This document shows, piece by piece, positions 13,751-27,915 of a DNA stretch of 64,000 nt. The notes beneath the pieces are model-generated. The model worked only from the letters and a program-made list of their open reading frames with translations, did no database searches and was not told the origin of the DNA. Source of the DNA: the human T2T-CHM13v2.0 reference genome, Homo sapiens; NCBI RefSeq assembly GCF_009914755.1, contig NC_060932.1, one strand, 5' to 3'. Every line of letters starts with the position of its first letter. Position 1 is the stretch's first letter. The translations under genes were made by a program, and so were the position numbers.

Positions 13751-15299
13751 GTTGCCTCATTCCATCCCCACAACCTGCAGTGGAACATATTATCAGCCCA
13801 TTTTACAGATGGGAAATCTGAGGCTCAGAGAAGGTAAATAGCTCCTCTGTGATGAAACACTGGCAGGAAGTGGAGTCAGATCCCGCCCCTGCCTGGATCC
13901 ACAGCACACACTTTTCCACTCTGCCGTATTTCTTAAAGCAGGCTCCAAGGATGCTCTTCCTCTGACTCACCCGGAGGTGTTTGTTTAAAAGCAAATTTGC
14001 AAACCCTTACCAGACACACTGACTCAGAACCTCTGGGTCACAGTCCTGGGAATTTTTATGTTTTAAAAGCTTCCAGGTGAATTCCATGCACCAGGGCTTT
14101 GAGAACGTCCGTTCCACAATGTGCTGCATTTGATGTGGGCCAGCTGCTAAGCCCTAGGAGCTCAAGAATGAAGACACTCTCATCGCTACCCACCCCAACC
14201 CCCGGCCCAGGCCCCCAGGTGGCTCCCTAGGCATGGTTCAGGGGCTGGGGTCACTCTAGGTTCCTGGCACAGTCTGGCTTTGAAACCGCTTCTCTGCCGT
14301 TTTCTCCACGGGTGCTTTGGAAACGCTCAACACCCAGGACAAGCACAATATCACTCCCTTTCCTGTGGCAGAGTCGCATGGCAGCTGCTCACTGCTTCCC
14401 AGCCCAGAATGCCTGCTTCCTGCTCGCTGCCAACCCAAACCAGTGCAGCCTCCAAGCCCCACGTGCACCCAGATCTTCCACCAAGTCTGCCAAACACTCC
14501 AACCCACACTCTCCTCCTCCTAGGAACACTTGGAAAGCTCTGGAACCTTGAGTGCTTCTCACTCAGAGAGGCCCACACCTGCGCAATGGCACCACCACAG
14601 TCAGGTATCCGATCCCGGCCCCTGCCTGGCACGTGACTTTGAACAATGACTTACCTCTGTGAGCCCAAAGGTGAACCCAGAAACACTGTTTCTGCCTCTG
14701 TAAAATGGGGAGGATGTTAACACCTGCCTCATCTGTGGCTCTGCATTAAAGAATCAAAACCCAAGGAGGGCTTGGTGGAGCCCCCAGCACGTATTCTAGA
14801 AGCAGCCAGCAGTGCTCTTGCCACAGGGATCTGAGAAACAGAGAGGTGCACACTTTCTGTGATTTAAAACTCTCAAGAGCCCCATGAGGTAGATGACACC
14901 ATCCTCTTTTTATAAAAGAGGGTGAGCAGGACTTATTCTTACATTGAACATCTATTGAGCACCCACTGCATGCAAGTCATGGGGCCAGACCACAGGGCGC
15001 ACAAAGATGAAAGGGCACGATGTGGCCATGGTGGCCCACAGCAGGAGCCTCACATCCAGCTGGGGATCTATGTGGCTGGAGTCCAGGTCCTGGGGCAACA
15101 GGGGTGAAATTGAAATCTGGACACAGAGCCCTGGCTGAGTCCCCCACAGCAGAGGAAAGGACAAAGTCCCAAGGCTAGAGTCTGAGGCCCCACTGCAGAC
15201 CAGAACTGGACAGCAGGAGTGGACTCTCCCACTGCAGCCCTGAAAACACAAAATACTGTGGCTGGAGCAGCCACACCAGCGAATCTCACGGGCACCATG

Positions 15300-15555
15300 T
15301 TGAGCCATAGAAGCTAAATGTAAAAGAGCATGTACTGTACGCTTCTGTCTGTGTGAAGTTCACGAACAGACAGCGTGAATCTAGGGTGATAGAAGTCGTC
15401 ATTGCAATTTGCGGGGAGGGAGGCATGAGGGAAACTCCCTATCTTGAACTGGGTGAGTGATACACATAGAAGTTCTCATAAATCATGTATAAAATTTATC
15501 AAGCTGTACACTTAAGATGTGTGCATTTTAATGTAAGTTATACTTTAATAAATAG
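15300..15555 (+). mobile_element. L1M 3' terminal fragment
   Basis: aatctagggtgatagaagtc...tatcaagctgtacacttaagatgtgtgcatttta...tatactttaataaa. Confidence 0.7.
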
Positions 15556-15752
<197 letters not shown>

Positions 15753-16808
15753 CATCTCCGAGAGGACAGTGGCCTTTCCAGGATCTCCCAGCTGTCATGC
15801 AATGCAGCAAGGGTTTCCTTGTATATTTAGCAGAGGCCATCCTGACGCCAAAGCTCTTGAGGAGGCTTGGGAGACCTCACCTGTGGCCAAGACTGGGGCT
15901 ACAGGTGAGTTTCCGCCCAAATAAGCTGCGGCTCAGGATCTGAGTGGTAAGAAGGGGAGCCAGTCAGGGGTTTCCTAGTGCTGCCAGCCTCCCAGAGTAG
16001 ACCTAGCTGTTTAAGGTAGGGCATAAGGGACACACCTCGGCCCCTCTGGCCTCTAGGCAGGCCTAGTGTCAAGGGTGCCCCTTCAATGGTTCCTCCATTC
16101 TTGCTTGGGCCCCAAGAAGAGAGGCAGAGGCTCATCTGGGCCACACATCTGCACTGCCGGGAGGCAAAGGTCTAAGAAGAACCCATCCCCACCCCCCTCT
16201 GCTTTTCCAAAGCAACTGCATTGGCTCAGCAGAAATGCTTTGTGTGCATCTGAGTCACCCAGGAACGGGCACCTTGCCTTCTGTACAGTGTGGGCTCTGT
16301 GCATGTTCATGGGACAAATAAACGGCAAACAAATAGGCTATGAGTAAATCTGGTGCAGATGGGAGCTGCAGGGGACTCTGGGGTGCCTGGTCCTGAGACA
16401 GCCTCTGGAATCTTCTGTGCATCTGTCTGTGGTCAAGGTGGTCTTACTGTTTGGTATAGGAATGCTCTTGCCTGGCCTCTGTTCTTGAGCCCCCTCCACC
16501 AGCCCCTCTCTGGAATTTATTTACAGCTGCCCTGAGAGATCTGCTGCAGGACCTGCCTGGAAGCCCTGCTCAGAGCTGGATGCAGGGATCCCAGGCCCAA
16601 AGAGGAGGAAGTGTGAGGCCCCACCTCCAGTGCAAGGTTAAATGCAGGCCGGAACCCAAACAATGTCCCCACCATGGGCTCGCCTGTCCTTGCCACACAC
16701 ATCAGAAGCACCTACTATGTGCCAGGCCCAAATGTGGGACACAGAAGTGACCCAAGCCGGACCCTGACTTCAAGGTGCAAGGGCAAGTGACAAGAATATG
16801 CATCCTAG

Positions 16809-17212
<404 letters not shown>

Positions 17213-17980
17213 GAGTGATCAGTACCTCTCTCATCTCCACTTTATAGACAAGGGAACCAGAACACAGAGAGGTTATGTGACTTCTCCCAGGGCTCACAGC
17301 AGTAAGTAGCAGGAGGTAGAAGTTCAACCCAGGCCTGTGTGGACAGCGTTGAACCATCAGCCACATGAGAATGACATCAGCCAAGGTGGCAAGCCCTGAA
17401 TCCCAGAGGAATTCCTTAACAGGCCTGAAAGTAGCAGTGGCTGGGTCTGCTGGTGGGAGTTGGAGGGAACTTAAGGGTCCCTCATGGGGGATGGGATGAA
17501 GTCACACTGGGGAAACCAAGGCAGCAGTCAGGAGCCACTCACTAGGAAGGGGCTGCCAGACAGATCTGAAAAATATAGAACTCAGTGGAAAAGAGGAAAA
17601 ATGGAAGGAGGCTGTAGCACCCACCACCTACCTATATTAAAAACTCACAAAGGCGCAGGACTCAGGAGCCCACTCTCTGGCTCCAGTCTGTAGTCAAATG
17701 CCTGCTAGCTGTGAGACCTGGAGCCAGTTCCTTTAGCTTTCTGTGCCTTGATTTCCTCAAATATAAGGAGGACGTGGTTTGAGCACCTATCTCAAAGGTG
17801 CTTAGCACATAGTATGTACTCCATATGTGATTATTGAATGAACAACCTCACAGTGTTTACAAGGACACGTGCAGACAAATCATCCAAGTTCAGGGATGCA
17901 GATCCTGTTGTCAGTGGGGAGCAGAGGAGAGGCATGGGGAATTAGGATCAAGGGAGAACATTGGTAAATTAAGTTTAGAG

Positions 17981-18024
17981 GGGACCCTGTTCAGAGAGGG
18001 ACCCTGTTCAGAGAGGGACCCTGT
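17981..18024. repeat. 17-bp tandem repeat, ~2.6 copies
   Basis: gggaccctgttcagaga x2 plus gggaccctgt. Confidence 0.92.
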
Positions 18025-19488
18025 GTAGCCTTGGCAGCACGCCATGAACCCTCTGCAGCACCGGTACCAATAAATCACCATTGACAATGAAAATAAGTCA
18101 CCCTGTGTGATGCCTATGGGCCCGACTCCTGGAGAAAAGGCAGAAGATCACCCCCAGGACCTGCAACCTGCACACTCTTACCTGGGCTCAGCCAGGATGA
18201 CGGCCACCTCCGTCTTTCATTTACGCCTTGATGCTCCCTCCATAAGTGGTTCCTGGAGACCTGAAATGGGCTTCATCTTCCTCTCAGCACCTTGAGGGAG
18301 CAGAGTTTGGCTCTTGAGGAGCATGTGTGGACACATTTGTCTTCTCCTCCAAGTATTTCCTCCTTCCTCCCTTCATTCTTCAACCCATACATCCCTTCAC
18401 CACCTCACTCATCTACTTCTTCATTGGTTCATTTGGTCATTCACTAAAAAATATGTCTCAAGTACCCTCTGCATGCCAGGCTCTGTGCTGATGCTGTGGA
18501 CACAGTATAGATAAGAAGATGTGGGCCTGGTCTCACCCTTGGACCTCAAAATCTATGTGGGAAATGATCAATACTCAATAAACAAACAATGGCACACAGG
18601 GCTAGAACCATGAAGGAAGAAAGTGGGTGACTGAGCTACAGACCAGCCCGGAGGGCCTATTTAGACGAAGTGATTAGGACAGGGGGACATCCTTGCGGAA
18701 GACTGTCCCTGGAAGTCCTGGGAAATGGGACATTCCAAACAGTGGTATGATCTCCCCATACTTGAGTGCCTCCATCCCTCTGCCCATCCGTCCATCATCT
18801 ACTGAATTCATTCATTCCTTACTTATTCATTTATTTGTTCAACACATGAGGAAGCCGGCTCTACTTGGGGAAAAAAATTGTTTGAAGCTGCACAGATCTG
18901 TGTTCAGATCACAATTTTGCCATGTACTAGCCGAATGGCAGGGAAATGTTACTTATCTCTCCATGCCTCCATTTCCTCATCTGTCGAATGGGGATAATAA
19001 TGTCTAATGGGAGACTGGTTGTGAGAATGAATTGAGATGAGGATTTGGTGAGATGGTGTCACCTGGAACACAGCAACTATTGTTCTGGTCCACTGGCCAG
19101 ACACTTAGTGTTTGCCCGGCTCTTGTGGGGATGGACACACAACAACCCAATCGTAGCAGCCTAGGCTGCGGCCCATACTGGCTCCTCTAATCAGGAAAGT
19201 GGGGACATACCAATTATCCCCTTTTGGCCTCCTGAGGACCCTATCTGGTAGACACTAACATCATTTCTTTAAACAAGCAAAACTGAGGCACAGAGAGGTT
19301 GTTGATTGTCCGAGGCCCCCAGTAAATGGAAGAGCTGGGGGACACCTTGGCATTCTGCCTCCAAATCTACCATCCTGGCCAGGTCACTGGGCCGTTTGTT
19401 TTCAGTTTCACTGACATTGAAGAATGGCAGGTGCCCATGAGGCTCACCGGGTCATGTGAGGTTTCACCCACAGGTGGAATGGTCAGCA

Positions 19489-19495
19489 CTTTGAT
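19489..19495 (+). promoter_or_regulatory. Candidate TCF/LEF site
   Basis: CTTTGAT ~2.9 kb upstream of the promoter; CCN4 is an established Wnt/beta-catenin target; motif match only. Confidence 0.35.
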
Positions 19496-19739
19496 CATGT
19501 TTTGGGGTGCCTGCTTCAATTGCTCGAGACAATTGGATTTCCTAAAAATGATGGTGGAGTTCAATGGCTTCCAGCTCTGCAGGCTCTTGTTACACTTAAC
19601 ATTGAGAGGCTTTGGCAGGTCAAGCTGGCTTGGAAATGTCTGGTCCTGACTCTGTGCCTTGTCTGAGGTTAAGAGACTTTAGTTTCAGCCTCAGATCTAC
19701 TACTCATACGTGTGCTCTGAAACCATCTAGCATCTCTGA

Positions 19740-20233
<494 letters not shown>

Positions 20234-20354
20234 TGGGATTTGTTTTTAAGCATCAATAAATTAATGAGAAGAAAATGACTGACATTTATTGGGCAGTCCT
20301 TACATGCCCCCCACATACCCTGCCCTTTAATTTTACATATATGATTTTAGTAAT

Positions 20355-20760
20355 CCTCATGTATCAATTAGTATACAACTTGACTCCAACAAAAGAAAAT
20401 TCAGACTAACTACAGTTTAAACAATAAAATATTAAATTATTTCATGTAATGAGAAGTCTGAATGGTGGCTCCAACAACAACATGAAGTCCCAACGACTCA
20501 GACCTTTTTTTTGCTTCCACTCTGCCATCCTCAATTTGTTGACTTTTTATTCTCAGCCTCATATACCCAAAATGGCTGCTGCAGCTCCAACCATCACATT
20601 TGCACACAAGGAAAGAAAAGAATGAGTAGATGGTCATTCTCTTCCTGAGGAAGGGAATCTTTTCTAGAAGACCCTAGCAGGTTTCCCTTATGTCTCATTG
20701 GCCGGAATTGGATCAGAGGCACATCCCCAGGTCAGTAAATGGAGAAATCATGAGCACCAT
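20355..20760 (-). mobile_element. Old MaLR LTR (MLT1J/K-like)
   Basis: caaaatggctgctgcagctccaaccatcacat...tcccttatgtctcattggccggaattgg. Confidence 0.6.
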
Positions 20761-21600
20761 CTCTTCTGGGGTCATGTCTATAGGGATCATAAACCTCTTC
20801 CATGAACACAAGCCTGCTGCTACCTCCAAGCAGCCACACATGCTTCAGCATCCCTTGTTAATAAGCTACAGGAAAAGAGAAGAGAAGGAGTAACTGTCAT
20901 TTAAACCTCAGTGTCGAGTATTCCTACTGAGACCTGGAGATGCTGAGAACTTGCCAAGGTGTGAGAGGAGTTGCAAGGAGGCCATTGTGGTTGGGCATGG
21001 TGCACGAAAGGGAGAGAGGAAGAAGTGTACAGGGAGCTGGCTGGCCCAGGGGCCACGCCAGGACTGGGGACTCTGTGCTGTGTGATGGGCAGGCTTTGGA
21101 CAGTTGTATCCAGAAGATGATCTATACATGACGCTAGTTCAAGGATTGCTCTGAGATGTGTGGATGGTAGAAGGTGGGCAGGGAGGCTGGGTATCAGTCA
21201 GGAGGCTGTGGCAGCGGTCCCCATGGGGAGCACAGGGCTGGACTAGGACAGCCCATAGAAGACATCCCATCTCCTTTCTTGCCCAAGGAAGAGACTCAGT
21301 GGCAGCAGTGCAATAAGGGTACAGGCCAGGAAACCCAACCCCCCAGGGATAGCAAGCATCCAGAGACACGTGGGGACAGCTCCAGCACCAAACGGCTTCT
21401 GACCAATGAGCAGAGACGGCAAACAGCAAATGCGTTACCGTGGCTTTCACGTGTCATGAAGGTGATGCTGTAACCTGAGCCTCAGAGCTCATTTTATTTG
21501 TGAATTCCTATCATCTCTAGATGGGTGGACTGAAAGCCACCTCTTTCGCTTGCAGCTAGGTAGAGGGGGGTGCAAGAGGGCAAATGAAAACCAGAAGTAG

Positions 21601-22019
<419 letters not shown>

Positions 22020-22323
22020 TCAAAGCCCACACACCCGCCTGCCTGGGGTAACAGTATCTCCTCGGACATCCTGCACCCTCCCACGCTCCCCCGTCCCTAC
22101 AGTAGTGAAAGACCTAGGCAGGATGACCCCAGCTCCTCTGTGAGAATTTCACACCCTAGTGTGAAGTCATAGCCTTGTAACTTTCCCTTTAAGAACTGTC
22201 AGAGCTGGGGAGGCTGGCCAAGCTCAGGCTGGAGGTGGGGACAGAGGGAAGAAAGAAAAAAAAAAAAGAGAGAGAGGCAGGAAAAGTTTTTTCAGAGGAA
22301 AATGCAGGGTTTGTCCTTCACCC

Positions 22324-22331
22324 TGACGTCA
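22324..22331. promoter_or_regulatory. CCN4: CRE palindrome in the CCN4 proximal promoter
   Basis: Perfect TGACGTCA ~150 bp upstream of the ATG; CREB-dependent WISP1 activation is established. Confidence 0.88.
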
Positions 22332-22340
22332 GATCTTGCT

Positions 22341-22349
22341 TTAATAAAA
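22341..22349 (+). promoter_or_regulatory. CCN4: TATA-like box; inferred TSS near 22374
   Basis: TTAATAAAA just downstream of the CRE and ~32 nt before a CA initiator in ggcatatctg. Confidence 0.7.
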
Positions 22350-22479
22350 CCCCCCAAGGGCTGCGGAAGAGGCATATCTGGTGCTCCTGATGGGCCGGCC
22401 AGTCTGGGCCCAGCTCCCCCGAGAGGTGGTCGGATCCTCTGGGCTGCTCGGTCGATGCCTGTGCCACTGACGTCCAGGC

Positions 22480-22548
22480 ATGAGGTGGTTCCTGCCCTGG
22501 ACGCTGGCAGCAGTGACAGCAGCAGCCGCCAGCACCGTCCTGGCCACG
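22480..22548 (+). CDS. CCN4: CCN4 exon 1: signal peptide
   Basis: MRWFLPWTLAAVTAAAASTVLAT, donor ACG|gtgagt. Confidence 0.98.
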
Positions 22549-25546
22549 GTGAGTCCTGCCTGGAGGGGCTCAGAGGGAGACCCAGCTCCCTTCTCTACTG
22601 GGTCCTGCTACATGGGGGCTGGTGGGCAGGATGAAAAGGGCCAGGAAGGTTTGGGGCTGGAAGGTGGCCACTTACAGGGCAAGGACAGAGCCCAGGGTGA
22701 GGAGTCAGCTGCCCAGGTTGGCTGAAGCTGGCAGGGTGAGGAGGACGGTGCGACACTTGGGGAAACAAACTGCACAGGTCCAGCCTGCCCTCTCTCCCCA
22801 CCTGAAACAGTGCAGAAAGAACGGGGCCCTCAGCAGAACTGGGAGTCAGGGGCCCGGGCTCCAGACCCGTCTTCGCCTAACCTGGCTGTGTGGCCTCGGG
22901 TGGGTCACTCACCCTCCAGGAGCAGCGTAAAGCGACGAAGTTGTTAGGTGACTTCTAGAGTCTCTGAGTTTGAAAACTCCAAGACTCCAAGCATTGGAGA
23001 TGCTGCGAAGATGGGAGATGGAAAAAGCCAAAAAAAATTGGAAAGAAAAATGCCAGCTTTCAACAAAAGCTCCTTATTGAGCAAACAGTGCTCAGGGTGA
23101 TGTCTAACCCCAACTGCTGTCACCTCCCGTCTGCACAGCCCTCTGCAGTCTGCAGAGTGTCCATACTTGGGTCCTGCCTATGAAGCCTGCTGTTCCAGGG
23201 TGGGGGTGATGTGGGCACCCCAGAGTCTCTCTCTCTTCCACCTGCACCCCAGGGTACACCAAGGGGAAGGGACAAAGGTCTGCACCTCCAAAAGCCAGGG
23301 GAGTCACATATGTGACCGTGTAGAGCCAGCCTGCTAGGGCCAGGCATGGTGAGGAAAAGGCAGAGGCAGGCAGTGCAAGGAGGGCAGGAGGTGGGTACCT
23401 GGCAGCTTCTGAGCCCCAGATTCCACAGCCCAGGGCAGGACCTGCTCCTGGCAGAACAGCCTAGAGACGGAGGGGTGATGGCAAAAGAGTGTTTATCCCC
23501 AAATGACACTGATGGCTTCCTTGGGGGTTAAGAAGCCCCCTTCACAGATGAGGAAACCGTGTGTTGGGGTTAAACCACTTGCCAGAATCAGACTCTAGGT
23601 CTGCTTCAGCCAGAACTGAGGCCGAGAGCCGACAGCAAACTGAGACCTGGGAAATAGGAATTCCTCTCAATGCCTCGGTGTGTGTAATGATGGCGGGGAG
23701 TGGGTCTGTTTCATCTTGGTTAAATCCTCACGCCTGGCATGGTGCCTGACTATAGTTGGTTCAGAACCACCTTACCAGAAAGTTATCAGCTCCATTTCAC
23801 AAATGAAAGAAATGGAAAGTGAGAGCAAGTAAAGGACTTGCCCAGGAGCTCCTCATTAATAAGTGGCCAGGGCCCAAACTTAGATCTTCTGATGCCAATT
23901 TCTAACCATTCCTACTTAGGGGAAGCTGACTGTGTCCTACAGGAGTGCCCAGAAGGAGCTAAGTCGCTGTTTATTTCGGCTCTGGGTATGGCTGCGCCTT
24001 TATTTGGGTATAGCTTTGCAGGTTGCTATGTCTGGGAGGGCAGGGAGAGGATGGAGAAAAGGTGAGCGTTTGAGAGAAGCCAAAGTCTGAGTGGGCAGAG
24101 GAGGCGAGAGGTTTAAGCATGAGTCCAAGTACGCTGGAGCCCCAGTCAGCTCCCAGAACAGCCGGTGCTGAGGAGGAGTGAAGGACAGAGCCGAGGACTC
24201 AGCCAGAGGAGACCAGCAAAGGAGCAGAGCGTGTGGAGGGACCCAGGGAGCAGGTTGGAGGGAAGGCTCCCGGGACCAGCACAAGGTACCTCTCTTCTAG
24301 GCAGCCCCTGCCTGGGGAACCCAGACCACCCACCCCATGCTTGTTTCATGATTTAGATGCTTCTGGGACAGAGGTGTGCACGGCACTGGAGTTCTCAGGA
24401 TGTCCTGAAAGCCCCGCCCCCTGTGTGGGCTGTGAGACTGATAGAAACGAGCTGGACTCCATTTGGAAACCAGCCTTGTTTCATAGCCAAATTCCATACA
24501 TGGTCATCCTCCCGAATTAATATGCAAAGGGAGCACATGTCCAACCAGGGTCTCAGTGAGATCTTAATGGAAAAAATTGTTGTAAATGTTCATATTGAAG
24601 AAAATGCATGTGAGAATTGCCAAGAAAACTTTGAGGAAGTAGAGTTACAAGGGGGACTTCTCTGGGAGATATGAAAGCACTCTGTAAAGATTCTGCAGTG
24701 GAAGGAGGAAGATGGCAGCCCAGAAGGAGATCAGCCAAGGAGGAAGGCACTGGAGTGATCTCAGGAACAGCCGAGTGTATTTGGGAATTTAATCTGTGCT
24801 AAAGGTGTATTGCAAATATGACTTATGCTTTCATCTCTTTATTCTTTTCTTCTGCATTTGTTGAGCATGTCCGCCATGTGCTAAGAGAAAGGGACTCCAT
24901 TTAATGTGCATTAGCAAGCACTGAGCCAACACATGTATAAGACCAACCTCAGTTCACCCAACAAACATTTATTAGGCACATTCTACAATTCCCATAACAA
25001 TATTATTTAGCAAGTGCAATTATCCTCCTTAACAGATATGAAAACTGAGACTCGGAGAGGTTAAGTAATTTGTCAAAGGTCACACAGCTGGTAATCAGGG
25101 AAGCTGACATTTGAACCTTGGTCCAGCTCTTGGTAATGTAGCCTCCTGCCTCCCTGGTCCAAGGGCAGAAACCAGGGGCATGTAGTCCCTGCCCGACAGA
25201 GTTTACTGGCTAGTGGGGCAGGTGACAGGGGTAACGTCAGCCAGAGTAGAGGGGCTGGAATCAGGCTCTGCCACTGGCTGTGTCGGCCGCACTAAGTCCC
25301 GTTGCACCTCAGACCTCACTTTCCTCGTTTGTTAATTGGGACTAACTGTCTCACCACACCAAGCTCCCTGTTGCTGAACGTGAAAATGTGCCTGAGGAAA
25401 ACCTCTCAGAAGTGTGTAATCAAACGAAAGCTGAGTGATAAAATCCTGGGCAAGCATTAGGCCTGTGGTGGTCTATGTATAGGTCTACAGGTAAAACCCA
25501 CATCCTCCCTCCTGTATCAGTGCATGTGGGATGTGCATAGCTGCAC

Positions 25547-26701
25547 TGTGTGTGTGTGGGGTGGGGTGTGTTTGTGAGAGGGTGTGTGGGGGTATGCGTA
25601 TGGTGTGTATGTGGGGTGTGTCTGGTGTGTGTGTGTGTGGTGTGTGTGTATGTGTGTGCCTGTGTGGTGTGTGTGGGGGGGTGGTGGTGTGTGGGGGTGT
25701 GTGTGTGGGGTGTGTGTGTGGTGTGTGGGGGTGTGTGTGGATTTGTGTGGTGTGTGTGTGGTATGTGTGTGTGGTGTGTGGTATGTGTGTGGGGTGTGTG
25801 TGTGTGGTGGGGGGTGTGGTGTGTGTGGAGCATGAGTGTGGTGTGTGTGGGGGTGTGTGTGGTGTGTATGTGGTGTGTGTGGGGGGGTGGTGGTATGGAG
25901 GGGTGTGTGGGGTGTGTGGGGTGTGTGTGTGTGGGTTTGTGTAGTGTGTGTGGGGTGTGTGGGGTGTGTGCGTGTGTGCGTGTGTGGTGGGGGATGTGGT
26001 GTGTGTGTGGTGTGTGTGTGGAGGGTGTGTGTGGTGTGTGTGGGGATGTGTGTAGTGTGTGTGTGGTGTGTGTGTGGTGTGTGTGGGGGGTGTGTGCTGT
26101 GTGTGTGGTGTGTTTGTGGGGTATGTGCCTGGGGTGTGTGGGGGGGATGTGTGGTGTGTGTGTGTGGTGTTTATTGTGTGTGGTGTGTGTGGTACGTGTG
26201 TGTGTGGTGTGTGGTGTGTGTGTTGAGTGTGTTTGTGGTGTGTTTTTGTGTGTGTATGTGTGTGGTGTGTGTACTGAGTGTGTATATGGTGTGTTTGTGT
26301 GTGTGGTGTGTGTGTGGTGTCTGTGTATGTGTGTGGTGTGTGTGTTGAGTGTGTATGTGGTTTGTGTGTGTGTTGTGTGTGTGGTGTGTGGTATGCGTGT
26401 GTATGCATGGTGTGTATGTGTGTGGTGTGTATTATGTATGTAGTGTGCTTGTGTGTGTGTGGTGTGCGTGGTGCTTGTGCATGGTGTGTGTATGGTGTGA
26501 GCATGTTTGTGGTGTGTGTGTGTTGAGTGTGTATGTGGTGTGTTTGTGTATGTGGTGTGTGTGTGGTGTGTGTGTGGTGTGTGTATGTGTGTGGTGTGTG
26601 TCTGTTGAGTGTATATGTGGTGTGTTTTTGTAGTGTGTGGGTGGTGTGTGTGTGTTGAGTGTGTATGTGTTGTGTTTGCGTGTGTGGTGTGTGTGTGTGT
26701 G
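25547..26701. repeat. ~1.15-kb complex (TG)n/(TGTGG)n simple repeat in intron 1
   Basis: Almost exclusively G/T; explains the His/Thr- and Val/Cys-rich ORFs in the track. Confidence 0.98.
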
Positions 26702-27589
26702 AACCTTGTGTTTGGGTGTGAGATACAAACTCATTCTCTGCTTCCAGAAGCAACTGCAGAATAATGTGGGTCAAGTGTATGGCAAAATATCCCCTTTAGA
26801 AAACAGAGAATGTGAACAATATGTCTTTTCACACCTCCTGTTTAGAGTTGGAATCTGAGTGAAGATTTCAAACCCCATCCAGGCCCCACACCCCCAACTC
26901 CCCACCCAGAGCCTCTTTGGGCTCCCTGAAGCCCCTGCTGCCAGCTCAGGGCCCCTCCAGCCGACAGCTTATCTTGGAGGCTGGCACGAGGACGGCACTG
27001 AAAGGCATTTCCCCCTCGGCATGGCATTTGGAGAAGGAGTGGGCACGGGAACAGGCCTCCGCCCAACCAGCTCCTTGAGAGACAAAACGCTACCTTGTGG
27101 GCTGAGCAGCACTCCTGGCTCCACAGCAAGCCCCACCAACCACCCCCAGGTTTTAGAAAAGGCTCCGGCCCTGTGCCAGCAAAGCACCCACATGCCAGGA
27201 GGCTGCCCTTGGCTTTGTATAAACAGCAACCCAGGGATCTTCCCAGGAACCTCAGCCATCCTCTGGGCAGCAGGGAGGCAAACTCCAAGGGAGGTGGGCT
27301 CTGATATGGAAGCAAGGGTGGCGAAGCAGCCATGGTCCAGGTGGGTTCCTGGGAGGGGCTGAGAAGGGTGCCAACCACAACCAGGAAGCAAAGCGAGCCA
27401 GCAAGGGTCACCGTGGAGGTTTCAAAGCAAGGCTTCAGCACAGCTGTCCCCTCATTCAAGGACACTGTGGTGGGCCCTGCATCCCTGTGATGTGGATGGT
27501 GGCAAGGGTTCACACTGAGCATGTGCCCACTCTACTCTGGGCACAGTGCCCTTTTGCACACACCTATGAGGCAGCGGTGTTGCTGTAAT

Positions 27590-27915
27590 CTAGACCAGCC
27601 AGTCAGTAGCCACGTGTGGCAGGAGGCCACTCAGCACTTGAAATGAGGCTGGTCCCAGCTGAGATGTTCCGGAAGCATAAGATACACCATTGATTCCAGA
27701 GACATGGTATGAATGTGAGAGCGCAATATTCCCATTAATAATTTTTATATTAACTCCATATTGAGATGATAATATTTTGAATATACTGGGTTAAACACAA
27801 TCTATTATTCCACTAAACTTCATCTGTTTCGTATTACTTTTTAATACCGCTACTAGAAAATGTAAAATTTCATCTATGGCTCTTATTGTATTTTACTAGA
27901 TGGTGTCGGCCTAGA
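27590..27915. mobile_element. MER33-like hAT-Charlie element
   Basis: gtagccacgtgtggc...agcacttgaaatgaggctggtcc...gataatattttgaatatactgggttaaa...gctactagaaaatgtaaaatt; ctaga-type target at both ends. Confidence 0.75.

Noticed and set aside
17981-18024. Short tandem duplications here and at 42595-42640 as functional arrays
   Set aside because: Only 2-3 copies; ordinary slippage products
25420-26774. Long ORFs (429 aa His/Thr-rich on -, up to 297 aa Val/Cys-rich on +)
   Set aside because: By-product of a GT/CA repeat that rarely generates stops; no domain or gene structure
26842-27522. 226-aa and 167-aa ORFs in intron 1 (also 31348-31896, 34333-34884)
   Set aside because: GC-rich intronic sequence with no recognisable domain or splice support
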